A DNA stretch of 64,000 nt from Squalus acanthias (Eukaryota). The stretch is taken from contig CM059431.1 of assembly GCA_030390025.1 (NCBI GenBank), positions 109,370,001 through 109,434,000 on the forward strand, given 5' to 3'. The notes under the pieces were generated by a model. The model searched no databases. It was not told the origin of the DNA and saw only the letters and a program-made list of their open reading frames with translations. Below are positions 38,428 to 50,335 of the stretch, piece after piece (the stretch's first letter is position 1; each line of letters starts with the position of its first letter). A program made the translations under genes and the position numbers.

Positions 38428-38609
38428 CCAGTGGTGGAAGCAGAGACACTCAATATTTTCTAGGGAAGACTGGATAGGCACTTAAAGGAAATAAACTTGC
38501 AGGGCTGCGGAGATAGAGCGGGGGAATGGGACTGACTGGATTGCTCTACAGAGAGCTGGCACGGACTTGATGGGCTGAATGGCCTCCTTCTGTGCCGTTA
38601 TGACTCTAT
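38428..38609 (+). mobile_element. CR1 LINE 3' tail
   Basis: GTGGTGGAAGCAGAGACA...TGCAGGGCTGCGG...GGGCTGAATGGCCTCCTTCTGTGCCG..TATGACTCTAT. Confidence 0.75.
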
Positions 38610-39454
38610 GGGCTGGACTTTGATACTGGGGACGCGATGGAGGCGGGTCTCCCACTTTTTGGGTTGTAGTCCCCCCTCCATCGACTTGTGGCCAACCCAC
38701 TGTATTTTCACTTGATTGACCATGTTGAGCCCGCCCAGCGAGCTCAGCAGGCCAATTAAGGGCCACCCGGCAACAGGTGACGTCACAGATTGACATTTCA
38801 TCTGTCAAGAGCTTTTGACAGATGAAATATCAGCTTTTGACAGCTCTGTGAAGCTGTCAAACACTGACAATCTGTCTTCTAACTTGAGTCCTTCCTCTCA
38901 GGCTGAGTTAGAAATCAATCCAGCACAGAAAGCAGAAGGCTGCAGCTTTTGACAGCTCAACGGCCATTCTGTTTTCTGTGCCGGTGAGATTTCTGACTCC
39001 CGAGACCTGAAGGGCTGACACCTGCAGGAGGAAGTTAAGGTAAGTAAAACTTTTTTCCACACTTTACACTTACCTTACACACTTACCTCTGCACACATGC
39101 ACTCATCACTCACCTGCCCACCGGACATATCGACCCCACCAACCCCTGCAGACCCACGGTCCGCCCTGATAACTTGGCGTGGTTCGGACCTGTCGGGAAG
39201 CCTGCATTTCACGCATAAAAATAGGGATTAGGCAAAAAACTGCCTGTTAACTACCTGTTAACAGGTAGTTTATTGCCACTAATCCCCTTCCCGCCTCGGG
39301 GAGGCGGGTCACAGCACAGGTCGGGTGCCCGCCTCCAGCGAAACTGACATGGAGCTGGGTTGGGGGCGGGATGGGTTCGGGACCCCCGAATCTGCAACTT
39401 TAACCCCCCACATGCCTCCAAACCCGCCTCCACGGGTCAATTAAAATTCTGCCC
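38610..39454. mobile_element. PIF/Harbinger-like non-autonomous element (MITE)
   Basis: Termini GGGCTGGACTTT...AAAATTCTGCCC, flanked by a 3-bp TAT on both sides (38607-09, 39455-57), with GC-rich subterminal regions. Confidence 0.6.
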
Positions 39455-39638
39455 TATGTCTCTATGACCTGCCAGCAATCTTGCCCCTCTTAAAAGCTCA
39501 AGTTTTGCTATGAATATCTCTACAAGCTTCTAAAGGGTGGTTTATATAAGGCTTAAAATGTTTTTTTTGCAGACATAGATAAACAAAGAGCTACACTTCA
39601 TCCACAAAAGAGTTGCAAGGGCTCACAAGATGTTGGTA

Positions 39639-40002
39639 TGGTGTTGTCAACCCTCCAGGATTGTCCTGGACCCACCAGGAATTGAAGACCAATCTCCCGG
39701 ACACTGCTGCAAGCAACCAAGGAAATAAATCACAGGGGCAATAAAAAAGTATTTTTTTTTTCATTTTCTTTGAACACTTTCAATTATTATTGATAAAAAT
39801 ATTGGAGATGGGGGGAAAAAAACGCTGTTTGACTAACAGTCAAGATTAATCTAACCAGGTATCAAAGAGTCTGTTCGCTTTCCAATTGGCATGGAAAGGC
39901 GGGGCGCCTGGAGGATGGACCAATAGCGGGAGTGTGGGCGTGGTTCGAAGCGGACTATGATGAAAGCTCCAGGAATACACCCAATCAGAGTTAGCAACCC
40001 TA
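39639..40002. mobile_element. Non-autonomous hAT-like DNA transposon (second copy)
   Basis: Reverse copy of 2894-3275, with terminus GTTAGCAACCCTA and an 8-bp TSD TGTTGGTA/TGTGGGTA. Confidence 0.75.
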
Positions 40003-41504
40003 TGTGGGTAGGCTACCAGAGTGTAGGCTACTGCAAACACAGAAGGCACATTAATACTTCCCATCTGAAGTGGTTTTCACTGTTCCAGGATATTTTGCCA
40101 CCATTTTGAACACCCTCTCAGCAGGGATTAAAACAATTATTGGCAACAGCATACAGTTTTAAGAATTTCTTTTCGCAAAAGTAAGTTAACATTTCCATCT
40201 TCTTGATCCTGTAGCTGTGGTTATATTGCACTGACCAGTCAGAGATCCGTAGGTGCAGAGGGCAACTCATGACTGGCAAGACCTCTATTAAAAGATTAAG
40301 CCACCAAAACAGACGTCTGCGTGGGAATGCACAAAGGCCCCACTCACCAGCCAGAACATTTTTAATGTTTAGAGAGTGTGGACAGGAATGCTTGGTTTCA
40401 CAAAACATTTGTAAAAAAAGACTCTGCTTAAATTTATAGAGTGCCCGGGAGGTATAACAGCCCTGCTGAGCATTTTGGTAAACCTGGTTTGACACCACAC
40501 TAGGGTTAGACTTCACACGGTGTCAAGCCCAAGTGATTTGCGACAGCCTTTCAGACTCACTCCACTCCACTCCATTCAGGATTCAGATCGGGATTCACTC
40601 TGGAACAATACTATCACCACAAAGCAGAAACTGCTTTGCACCAATGCAAAAGTGGCAGCATAGCTGCACCCATTGATACATAAAATTATTTATATTTTTG
40701 TTATTCCGTCCTGGTATGCTGAGAAACTTCTCGCTGTTAGTAACAGATCCGCACTCAACACTTAAGTTCCTTGTATTGCAAGTTTTAAAATATATTTATT
40801 AATCATAGTACTAACAAGTTATTGAGATAAAATAAAGCTAGCCAAATGACTCATTATTAAAATATACTGTTTTCAGTGCATTAACTGAGGCAGTTCTACA
40901 GACTAAGTGGAGTAGGAAATTAGTCCCAGACCACACAGATGAATAAATTATGTACAAGAGGAGCTGTTGAGTAATCAAAACATATGGACTGTACCTCCAT
41001 ACAAATGGAAAACATGTCATTATAACATGTTTCGTTCTCTTCCTCTACGTTTTAGACTTCATCAGTCAGTTTGTGACAATTTGTTCCGGCACAGGTCATG
41101 ACAACATATCATTCAGATGCATATCGCTACTTGACTGAAATAAAGGTTGTTAGATTACACTACCATTTTTTGTCAATAGAAAGTAGTTTTGTGCGCATCA
41201 ACATGGAAGTGGCAGTAGTAGGCTGGAAGCAGGTCCTCATCTGACTGCCAAGAATGCTGAAAGCATGAGATGTGAGACCCTACCAGAAGGACATTTTGCA
41301 CTGCTTTCAATTAACACTGGACCCAGTATAACTTCACCGGATCTCCTAGGCACCTTTTATGCTTACCATCTAATAGTTTTAATCTTAGTAGAAGGCAGAC
41401 ACTCCCAGATGTTCCCTCCTAGCACTAAAAGTCAACTTCCTGAGTGTGAAGCTCTCCACAGCATCTAGGCGCACATGCACAAAGCTGCTCTGCGGTGGAC
41501 ATCT

Positions 41505-41878
41505 GTCCAGCGGTTGCAGTGTGTACCATCTACAAGATGCACTGCAGCAATTCCCCAAGGCTTCTTTGACAGCACCTCCCAAACCCGCGACCTATACTAC
41601 CTAGAAGGACAAGGGCAGCAGGCACACCATCACCTTCAAGTTCCCCTCCAAATCACACACCATGCTGACTTGGAAATATATCGGCCGTTCCTTCATCGTT
41701 GCTGGGTCAAAATCCTGGAACTCCCTCCCGAACAGCACTGTGGAAGTACCTCCACCACACGGACTGCAGCGGTTCAAGAAGGCAGCTCACCACCACCTTC
41801 TCAAGGGCAATTAGGGATGGGCAATAAATGTTGGCTTTGCCAGTGATGCCCACACCCCGTGAATGAATTAAAAAAAAA
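41505..41878 (+). mobile_element. CR1-group second-family LINE 3' fragment
   Basis: GCAGTGTGTACCATCTACAAGATGCACTGCAGCAA...GATGGGCAATAAATG...poly(A); same family as 34206-37190. Confidence 0.8.
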
Positions 41879-41952
41879 TTCCACTCCACAGATACCAGTC
41901 TCACCCTAGTAGATGTGAGTAATAGGTAAGGCACTGTGGAGAAAGAAAGAAA

Positions 41953-42146
41953 GGGTGGTAGAGGCAGGAACCCTCACAACATTCAAGAAGCATTTAGATG
42001 AGCACTTGCAACGCCATAGCATACAAGGCTACGGACCAAGTGCTGGAAAATGGGATTAGAATAGACAGGGCTTGATGGCTGGCGCGGACACGATGGGCCG
42101 AAGGGCCTCTTTCGGTGCTGTATAAATCTCTGACTCTATGACTCTA
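41953..42146 (+). mobile_element. CR1 LINE 3' tail
   Basis: GGGTGGTAGAGGCAGGAACC...TTCAAGAAGCATTTAGATGAGCAC...GGGCCGAAGGGCC...(GACTCTAT)n. Confidence 0.7.
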
Positions 42147-42147
42147 T

Positions 42148-42268
42148 AAAGAAAGAAAAGAAAGAAAGAAAGACTTGCATTTATATAGCACCTTTCACAA
42201 CCTCAGGGTTACCTAAAGCGCTTTACAGCCAATTAAATATTTTTTGACGTGTAGTCACTGTTGTAATA
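42148..42268 (-). mobile_element. DeuSINE 3' tail fragment
   Basis: (AAAG)n-ACTTGCATTTATATAGCACCTTTCAC...AAAGCGCTTTACAGCCAAT...GTAGTCACTGTTGTAAT. Confidence 0.75.
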
Positions 42269-42869
42269 GACAAAAATAGGGAAAAGACTGAAGTGAAGGC
42301 AGCTTGACAACAAAACCACGGGAAAAGGAGAAGGCCCCAAAAAGCAAACAAAGGTTAAAATGCATGTATTTGAGAAATAAACTGGGGGAGCTGGAAGCAA
42401 TTATTTTACAGGAATGATTCCTGTTCCCTATATGCCTGAAAATGGGTGCATCCACATTTCTACCCCATAAACTTTAAAAAAGGATGCATGAACAGACTAA
42501 TCTGCACCTGCATAAGTGAATCTGTTTCATGCAGGGACACAGCCCTTTTTAAAAAAAAGTCGCACATCCACTTTGGACTGGGCAAAAGTAGGCCTTTCTT
42601 CAAAGCTGACCAGAGGGTATTCTCTACATTAACCTGGAGATGTGGCCAGGGATGTTAGTTCTCCAGAAGATCATAGCAAGGGTGGTCGACACACAACATC
42701 ACATGTTTTCACACTTATACATGGAACACTGGAGCTGTTTGCACTTTAACATTTTGTATCAGTTCCGAAAGTCCATTTAGTGTTACCAGCAGCAATCATT
42801 ACACGCTATTTCTCCTGCAGATAGTGTCATTAAGCTAGAACACTCTTCCTTACTGCAAGAGGTTCAGAC

Positions 42870-44513
42870 ATAGTGAAGGAGGAGGTAGAGGAGATAGTGG
42901 ATGGGTTAAGAATTGATAAAGTCAAGGTACTGGAAAGGCTGGCTGTACTTAAAGTAGATAAGTCACCAGGACAGGATGAAATGCATCCTAGGATGCTGAG
43001 AGAAGTGAAGGAAGAAATCGCGGAGGTACTGGCCATAATCTTCCAATCCTCCTTTGAAAAGGGGGCGGTGCAGAGGACTGGAGAATTGCAAATGTTACAC
43101 CCTTGGTCAAAAAAGGGTGTAAAGATAAACCCAGCAACTATAGGCCGGTCAGTTTAGAATCAATAATCAGGGACAAAATTAACAGTCACTTGGACAAGTG
43201 TGGATTAATTAAGGAAAACCAGCACAGATTTGTTAAAGGCAATTTGTGTTTAATCAACTTGATTGAGTTTTTTGATGAGGTAACAGAGAGGGTTGATGAG
43301 GGCAATGCGGGTGACGTGGTGTACATGAATTTCCAAAAGGCGTTCGACAAAGTGCCACATAATAGGCTTGCCAGCAAAGTTGAAGCCCATGGAATAAAAT
43401 GGGCAGTGGCAGCATGGATATGAAATTGGCTAAGTGACAGGAAACAGTTAGAGTAGTGGTGAATGGTTGTTTTTCGGACTGGAGGAAGGTATACAGTGGT
43501 GATCCCCAGGGATCAGTTCTAGGACCACTGCTTTTCTTGATATATATTAATTACTTTAATGTGGGTGTACAGGGCACAATTTCAAAATTTGCAGATGACA
43601 CAAAACTTGGAAGTATAGTGAACAGTGAGGAGGATAGTGATCGACTTCAAGAGGAAATAGACAGGTTGGTGGAATGGGCGGACACGTGGCAGATGAAATT
43701 TAATGCAGAGAAGTGTGAAGTGATACATTTTGGTAGAAAGAATGAAGAGAGGAAATATAAACTAAAGGGTACAATCCTAAAGGGGGTGCATGAACAGAGA
43801 GACCTGGGGGTATATGTGCACAAATCGTTGAAGGTGGCAGGGCAGGTTGAGAAAGCAGTTAAAAAAGTTTATGAGATGCTGGGCTTCATGAGTAGAGGCA
43901 TAGAGTACAAAAGTATGGAACTTATGATGAACCTTTATAAAACACTGGTTCGGCCTCAACTGGAGTATTGTGTCCAATTCTGGGCACCGCACTTTGGGAA
44001 GGATGTGAAGGCCTTAGAGAGGGTGCAGAAAAGATTTACGAGAATGGTTCCCGGGATGAGGGACTTCAGTTACGTGGATAGACTGGAGAAGCTTGGGTTG
44101 TTCTCCTTAGAGCAGATAAGATTGAGAGGAGATTTGATAGAGGTATTCAAAATCATGAGGGGTCCGGACAGAGTAGACAGAGAGAAACTGTTCCCATTGG
44201 CAGAAGGGTCGAGAACCAGAGGACACAGATTTAAGTTGATTGGCAAAAGAACCAAAGGCAACATAAGTAAAAACTTTTTTTACGCAGCGAGTGGTTATGA
44301 TCTGGAATGCATTGCCTGAAAGGGCGGTGGAGGCAGACTCAGTCATGGCTTTCAAAAGGGAGTTGGATAAGTATCTGAAATAAAAAAAATTTGCAGGGCT
44401 ACGGGGAAAGGGCGGGGGAGTGGGACTAGCTGAAGTGCTCTTGCAAAGAGCCGGCATGGGCTCGACGGGCCGAATGGTCTTCTTCCGTGCTGTAACCACT
44501 CTATGATTCTATG
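42870..44513 (+). mobile_element. CR1 LINE, 5'-truncated, RT pseudogene
   Basis: KSPGQDEMHPRML, NYRPVSL, FQKAFDKVPH, PQGSVLGPLLF, FADDTKL and LVRPQLEYC, broken by frameshifts and stops. Has a (TATGATTC) tail. Confidence 0.9.
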
Positions 44514-45060
44514 ACACAAGTTTAACAATCACCTGCTGAAGCATGGTTGCTGCAACGGGCATTAGGCAAGTCTTGGGACTAATCTGTGCTTGAACTTTGA
44601 TGCTCTAGTACAGACCCGCAGGACCTTTACTATTCAGCAAGCACCACAGCCTATCTTGTGAAACGTTTTCCTCAATTCCAGCTGCATCCCATTGCGCCAC
44701 CTAATATAGAAATAAGGGCAGCTGCAGACAAGTTTCATGTCAGCCACCGTTTAAAAAAAAAAATGATTCTTAACCTGTTGCAGGTCTGCTGGTGGATACA
44801 GATATCTCTCCGCTGTTGATAGCTCCAATAAAATGAGGGCTGACAGAAGATAGACATTTTGAGGTACTGGTTTCAATAGCTTTCCCGGTTTATGAGATAA
44901 ACTGACAGCTGAGAGCAGTGCAGTACAATATTAACAGAAGGGTACTGAAGGCAATTGTGATGCACAAAGAAATAATCTGGTTCAATACTCGGAGATTCTA
45001 TGCCCAGTGCACATTGTAGCAGAGACCACCAATGATGATCAACAGCTTCCATGTGAGAGG

Positions 45061-45590
45061 GAAAAAAAATGATAGGGGCAGAGGTTATGGTCTGAAATTG
45101 TTGAACTCGATGTTGAGTCCAGAAGGCTGTAAAGTGCCTAATCGAAAGATGAGGTGCTGTTCCTCGAGCTTACGTTGAGCTTCATTGGAACAGTGTCAGA
45201 GGCCGAGGACGGAGAGGTCAGAGTGGCAGCTGTTGATCATTCTGCCATTGCCATTTACACTTCATCTAGAGTCATCTTTTGTTTCTTAACTTGTCCCATT
45301 ACCATCTCCTTTGGCCTTGCACCATCATCCCTTTTGTCTCTTAATCTCTCCTGCCCTCCATCCTATCACAGACCTTCCCTTTTGTTCTTTCCTCTCACCC
45401 CCATCTCCCTGCCCCTACACTTGCTTAAAAACCTGTTACAATTCCAACTTTTTCCAGTTCTGACGAAGGGTCATCGACCTGAAACGTTAACTCTGTTTCT
45501 CTCTCCACAGATGCTGTCTGACCGGCTGAGTATTTCCAGCATTTTCTGTTTTTATTTCAGATTTCCAGCATCCGCAGTATTTTGCTTTGG
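45061..45590. mobile_element. Penelope-like element remnant: GIY-YIG endonuclease C-terminus (minus) plus inverted pseudo-LTR with hammerhead (plus)
   Basis: Minus strand 45195->45085 translates HCSNEAQRKLEEQHLIFRLGTLQPSGLNIEFNNFRP*, typical of a PLE ORF end. The + strand pseudo-LTR contains CTGACGAAGGGTCATCGACCTGAAACGTTAACT. Confidence 0.8.
45456..45492 (+). ncRNA. Minimal type-I hammerhead ribozyme motif
   Basis: AGTT-CTGACGA-AG-GGTC(ATC)GACC-T-GAAA-CGTT-AACT gives stem I AGTT/AACT, stem II GGTC/GACC and a palindromic AACGTT stem III. Confidence 0.7.
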
Positions 45591-46304
45591 TAATGCTGAC
45601 AATTTGTTAAGTTTAGCACAGATCCAAACATCTGTTTAAAAGCACATGAGCTCGCTCAGAGTAACAGAAGTGAAAAGCTAAATTGGAATGAGAAGAGGAA
45701 AATGGAGGTACATCTCACGCTATAACGTGAGTTAAAAAGAAAATATGAAAATTCTGGAATTCTGAAAGAAGACAGGAAAGCACTGGAAGCAACAGGAGGT
45801 TAGCTGGCTTCTCAAGATAAAGGTAAATTGACCATTTGAATGAGACGTCATCATTGATTGCTTTAACCCTTGCTCCCAACTGTGATTTGGAATAAGTCTG
45901 TCTGTGTGAGGTTATTTTTGAATATTACTTTGTTTCTGTTCATTCATTACTGATAATAACGTGGATGAAACTCCGATTAGGTTTTATGTGGTTTAGGTAC
46001 ATTTGATGCACAGATTGTCAAGCAGGTGCGACATTTTATTGTTGGAACCAGAAAATTAAAGACAGAGCGAACAGGGATCAAATCTAATACTGTCTGGTGC
46101 TGCTTTGCTCAAATTTCAGTGTAGGTTTGTGCCAATGAAGAGATTCTATTGAAGTCGGTTGACAAAAGTAGACTATTAAAAATTTCCAAAAAGCCATTGT
46201 ATCAACGGTCAATGCTTAAATGTGCTATAGACATTACAACATCATCTGTTCCAACCAACCTAGGGAACCTTAGTATGGGCTTTAATTGCAGTAACGATCC
46301 ATTA

Positions 46305-46627
46305 ATTTTTTTTTTATTCATTCATGGGCTGTGGGCGTCACTGGCAAGGCCAGTATTTATTGCCCATCCCTAGTTGCCCTTAAGAAGGTGGTAGTGAGCC
46401 GCCTTCTTGAACCGCTGCAGTCCGTGTGGTGAAGGTACTCCCACAGTGCTGTTAGGGAGGGAGTTCCAGGATTTTGACCCAGCGACGATGAAGGAACAGC
46501 CGATATATTTCCAAGTCGGGATGGTGTGTGACTTGGAGGGGAACTTGGAGGTGGTGGTGTTCCCATGCGCCTGCTGCCCTTGTCCTTCTAGGTGGTAGAG
46601 GTCGCGGGTTTGGGAGGTGCTGCCGTA
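46305..46627 (-). mobile_element. CR1-group second-family LINE 3' end
   Basis: Poly(T) followed by ATTCATTCATGGG...TTTATTGCCCATCCC...; matches 34206-34510. Confidence 0.85.
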
Positions 46628-46779
46628 GGCTACATATTCATTTAATTCCTGTGCCCTAACTGGTATTGGTATGAAAATCTGTTCATATTTTAGCTGCCTT
46701 GTTGCATTTTTTTAAGTCCGTCAGTAACTGAATATTGATAGAGATTTAATTTTGGGAGGCAGCCACATTGCAGACGTAA

Positions 46780-46919
46780 GGGCTGGGAATTTCCCTGGAG
46801 CTGCTCCTGCTCCGCCGGTGTGACGTCGGCGGAAGTGCGGTGCAAACCTTGTTTGCGTGTGTAAGGTTCGGCAAAGTTACAGCGGCAAAGTGAAAGTGGC
46901 TCTGAGGAAATTTCCCGAC
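46780..46919. mobile_element. Small palindromic MITE candidate (Harbinger-like)
   Basis: Imperfect TIRs GGCTGGGAATTTCC...GGAAATTTCCCGAC, TAA on both sides, and internal imperfect symmetry. Confidence 0.4.
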
Positions 46920-47194
46920 TAAGGACTAAGTGCCGTGGGTTTGTTCTACAGTCCACCAGATGTGTAATGTTTCAGGGGACATTTCCCCCCCTGGTTTTCT
47001 ATCCCCACGCTCCTACAGACACAGGGGTAGAATTTGGAATGTGTTGCGTCCCATTTTCTGGGTGTAAAACAGGCATAACACTAACCAATTTAACAGTGGT
47101 ACGGCTTGTGTCCAATCTGGAGCACATTTCCATAAGTTCCAGCCACCCACTGACACCTCACCTAATTGGCCACTGGGAACCTGGAGCGTTTTCA

Positions 47195-47468
47195 CAGACT
47201 ACTATGGGGATCATCGCAGTCAAGGCCAATCCTGCCCTCATCTAATGTTCACATATGCGTACTTTCCAACAGCAGTCACTGGATGTGAGACAGATGCCTG
47301 GCTGATTTTTCCTCTTCCCAGGCCAGGTTCACTGAAGCCAACTGTGGCACCCCTATTGAAATCAGCTCACACAGTACAGACCAGCAATCGAACATGGGAC
47401 CTCACTGGTCTGTATGGCTCCATGCCTCATCAGGCAGTGCATTTACCCACTGAGACATTAAGAGAGCT
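47195..47468 (-). mobile_element. Old SINE, AmnSINE2-like
   Basis: Reverse-strand match to 5664-5960: CCTGGCTGATTTT, ATCAGCTCA..ACAGACCAG..ATCGAAC..GGGACCT, CAGTGCATTTACCCACTGAG. Confidence 0.6.
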
Positions 47469-48606
47469 CTATATTTTGGCTTTTATAATTCAATCAGTTA
47501 ACTGTTGGTGGTGAGGTCAAGGGCGTGCAAATTTTAGTTGTTTGTTCAGCAATATTTCTTGAATTCACAATCTTTTATTGGTTAGGTTATTTTCTCATGG
47601 CTCACCCTCGGTGCTTTCATCTCTTGGGTAAAGGCGCATTTTCCTGCTGTTCTCTGTGAACGTTTAATTGTAAAAAAAAAAAAGAGATATAACTTGTTGG
47701 GATTAAAGTGAGATGTCAGACGTGCTTAGTGGAAAACTTTACCACTTTTGGCACGCAGAATTGGCATCAAGCACTTCCAAGTCAGGTTCCCTACTGCCAG
47801 AGGGAGAAGAAAACTCTCCTTAACTGTGCTTCAAAAACGTACCTTAACCTCAGCCTCAGAAAAACACACAAACTACACTCGTGGCAATTTACCCACACAA
47901 GCTGCCATCGTGGTCTGCCTGAGGTAGATTGCTAATTTTTTTGCCACATTCTAAGGAGTCTGGAGATTGGATTATCGGGTGTAATCTCCATTATCTCCCA
48001 TTGCCCCATCACCAAATGATAATGGAAACTGATGGATAATCAGGATTCTAGGCATGAGAATGTACTAATATCCTCGGCATGAGAATGAGGACGAGCACAA
48101 TAGAAATAACGTGAGGTACTATGTGTTGTTCTTTTTGCAAGAAGAGAAAAAATTCCAAGTAATAAAGAAACAATTGCATCTTAAGCCTTGGGTAAGACAT
48201 CATCTTGTCGTACACAAGGCTTTGTCTTGTAAAAGTTCTGGCAGATAATCAGGAATGTGCATAATTGAAGTGTGAACAGTATAAATAGCTAATACTGGTT
48301 GTATGAGGTGATCTCCACTTTTGTTCTTATTATTTTTTTAAATATTGTATTACAAATAAACCCAAAATGACTGACGATAGTTATTCAATGACCCTACAAG
48401 TCAGTTGCTCGGATGGTCGGAGGTGTTGATTTGATTCTGGACTGTTGATTCACTTTGAGATGTGGGACTTCACAAAATATTAGAATTGTGATGTGGAGCT
48501 TTGCAGGATGCCCTGCTGTTTTTGGATGGAGAAATACAGAAGCATTCACCATCCCACATATAATAGAAAGAGATATTCTTGCTATGTTAAAGTTAATGTA
48601 GGAGAT

Positions 48607-49548
48607 TAGAATCATAGAATCATAGAATGATACAGCGCAGAAGGAGGCCATTCGGCCCATCGTGCCTGTGCCAGCTCTTTGAAAGAGCTCTCCAATTAGT
48701 CCCACTCCCCTGCTCTGTCACCATAGTCCTGCAACTTTCGCCCCTTCAAGTATTTTTCCAATTCCCTTTTGAAAGTTATTATTGGATCTGCTTCCATAAC
48801 AACTCACTGCGTAAACATTTTTTTCCTCATGTCGCCTCTGGTTCTTTTGCCAATTACCTTAATTCTGGTTACTTGACCCTTCTGCCAGGTGGAAACAGTT
48901 TCTCCTTCATGATTTTGAACAACTCTATCAAATCTCCCCTTAACCTTCTCTACTCTAAGGAGAACAACCCTAGTCTCTCCACTTAACCGAATGGCCTACT
49001 CCTGCTCCTATTTCTTATGTTCTTATGTCTTTCATCCCTGGTACCATTCTAGTAAATCTCTTCTGCACCCTCTTTAAGGCCTTGATATCCTTTCTAAAGT
49101 GTGGTGCCCAGTATTGGCCACAATACTCCAGCTGGGGCCGAACCAGTGTTTTATAAAGGCTTAGCATCATTTCCTTGCTTTTGTACTCTATGAAAGCCAA
49201 GGATCCCGTATGCCTTTTTAGCAACCTTCTCAACTTGTCCTGCCACCTTCAAAAACTTGCGTATGTACATCCGCAGGTCTCTCTGTTCCTGCAACACCTT
49301 CAAAATTGTACCATTTAGTTTATATTGCCCCTCCTCATTCTTCCAATCAAAATGAATCACTTCACACTTCTCTGCATGAAATGTAATTTGCCATGTGTCT
49401 GCCTATTTCACCAGTCTGCCTGTGTCCTCCTGAAGTCTGTTACTATCCTCCTCACTGTTTCCAACATTTCCGAGTTTCATGTCATCTGCAAGTTTTGAAA
49501 TGATGCCCTGTATCCCCAAGTGCAGGTGATTAATATATATCAAAAAGG
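48607..49548 (-). mobile_element. CR1 LINE fragment
   Basis: Minus-strand remnants LIYINH...ISKLADD, EYKSKEMMLSLYKTLVRPQLEYC and a 3' tail. A ~40-bp opposite-strand CR1 tail is inserted at ~48987-49028. Confidence 0.85.
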
Positions 49549-49560
49549 TATATATTAATA

Positions 49561-49710
49561 GGCATGATGTGGAGATGCTGGTGTTGGACTGGGGTGGACA
49601 AATGTAAGAAGTCGCACAACACCAGGTTATAGTCCAACAGCTTTATTTGAAAGCTTTGTATGATTTCAAATAAAGCTGTTGGACTATAACCTGGTGTTGT
49701 GCGACTTCTT
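49561..49710. mobile_element. Penelope-like palindromic remnant (centre deleted)
   Basis: Same head (CATGATGTGGAGATGCTGGTGTTGGACTGGGGTGGACAAA) and inverted arms as 1008-1220, flanked by an ATATTAATA duplication. Confidence 0.75.
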
Positions 49711-49721
49711 ATATTAATATG

Positions 49722-50335
49722 GGCATGGTGAGTTAGCATGGTGCCCTTTCGCCCTTAAGTTTGAAACCAGCCCAGACTGATGGGATAATCGTCTCCTTTC
49801 TCTCCCAGATATAAAGGTCTTAGGCCAAAATCAATTAGGCACTTCCCATCCAGTTCGCAGAAGCCACAGAACAGGCGTACAACACAAATCTGTGCACCAT
49901 TCAACGCAAATTGATTCTAAAGGGGTAGTTTTATGACCTTGTGTTCCTGATAGAGGGGTTAATTCGTAAGAGTATACGGAATTTGAGTCCGTACTACCTG
50001 TGATTTTCCACTTAGAATTTAATGGACAGAACATTTTGGGGATTACTCAACCAAATTCCTAATCCCACTCCCAGTGGACAAAACTCTGTGCTGGAAGTGC
50101 AAATTGATAAAAAAAATTACCCCTTAAATTGGCAACTCGATCAGGGAGGAGGAGCCAGATGAATGGCTAGAGTTGAAGTGAAAAAAAATGCGCACTGTTG
50201 CGAATGTGCCTTAACCCTACTCTCCTGAGGATGGGATTAAGGTGTATTACACAGCTGAGGGAGCTTTACTCTGCATCTAGGCCATGTCACACCTGACCTG
50301 GGCACGCTCAGTGCCCAAAGGAGGACATTCCATTC
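49722..50335 (+). mobile_element. Possible degraded LF-SINE-like element
   Basis: GCCCTTTCGCCC..TTTGAAACCAGCCCAGAC head, CCAGTTC, and GGGATTAAGG..GAGGGAGCTTTACTCTGCATCTA..ACCTG tail, reminiscent of LF-SINE. Weak evidence. Confidence 0.35.

Noticed and set aside
45154..45639. 161-aa ORF, and the similar 168-aa ORF at 15575-16081
   Set aside because: Chance open frames through a PLE pseudo-LTR and a SINE, with no recognisable domain.
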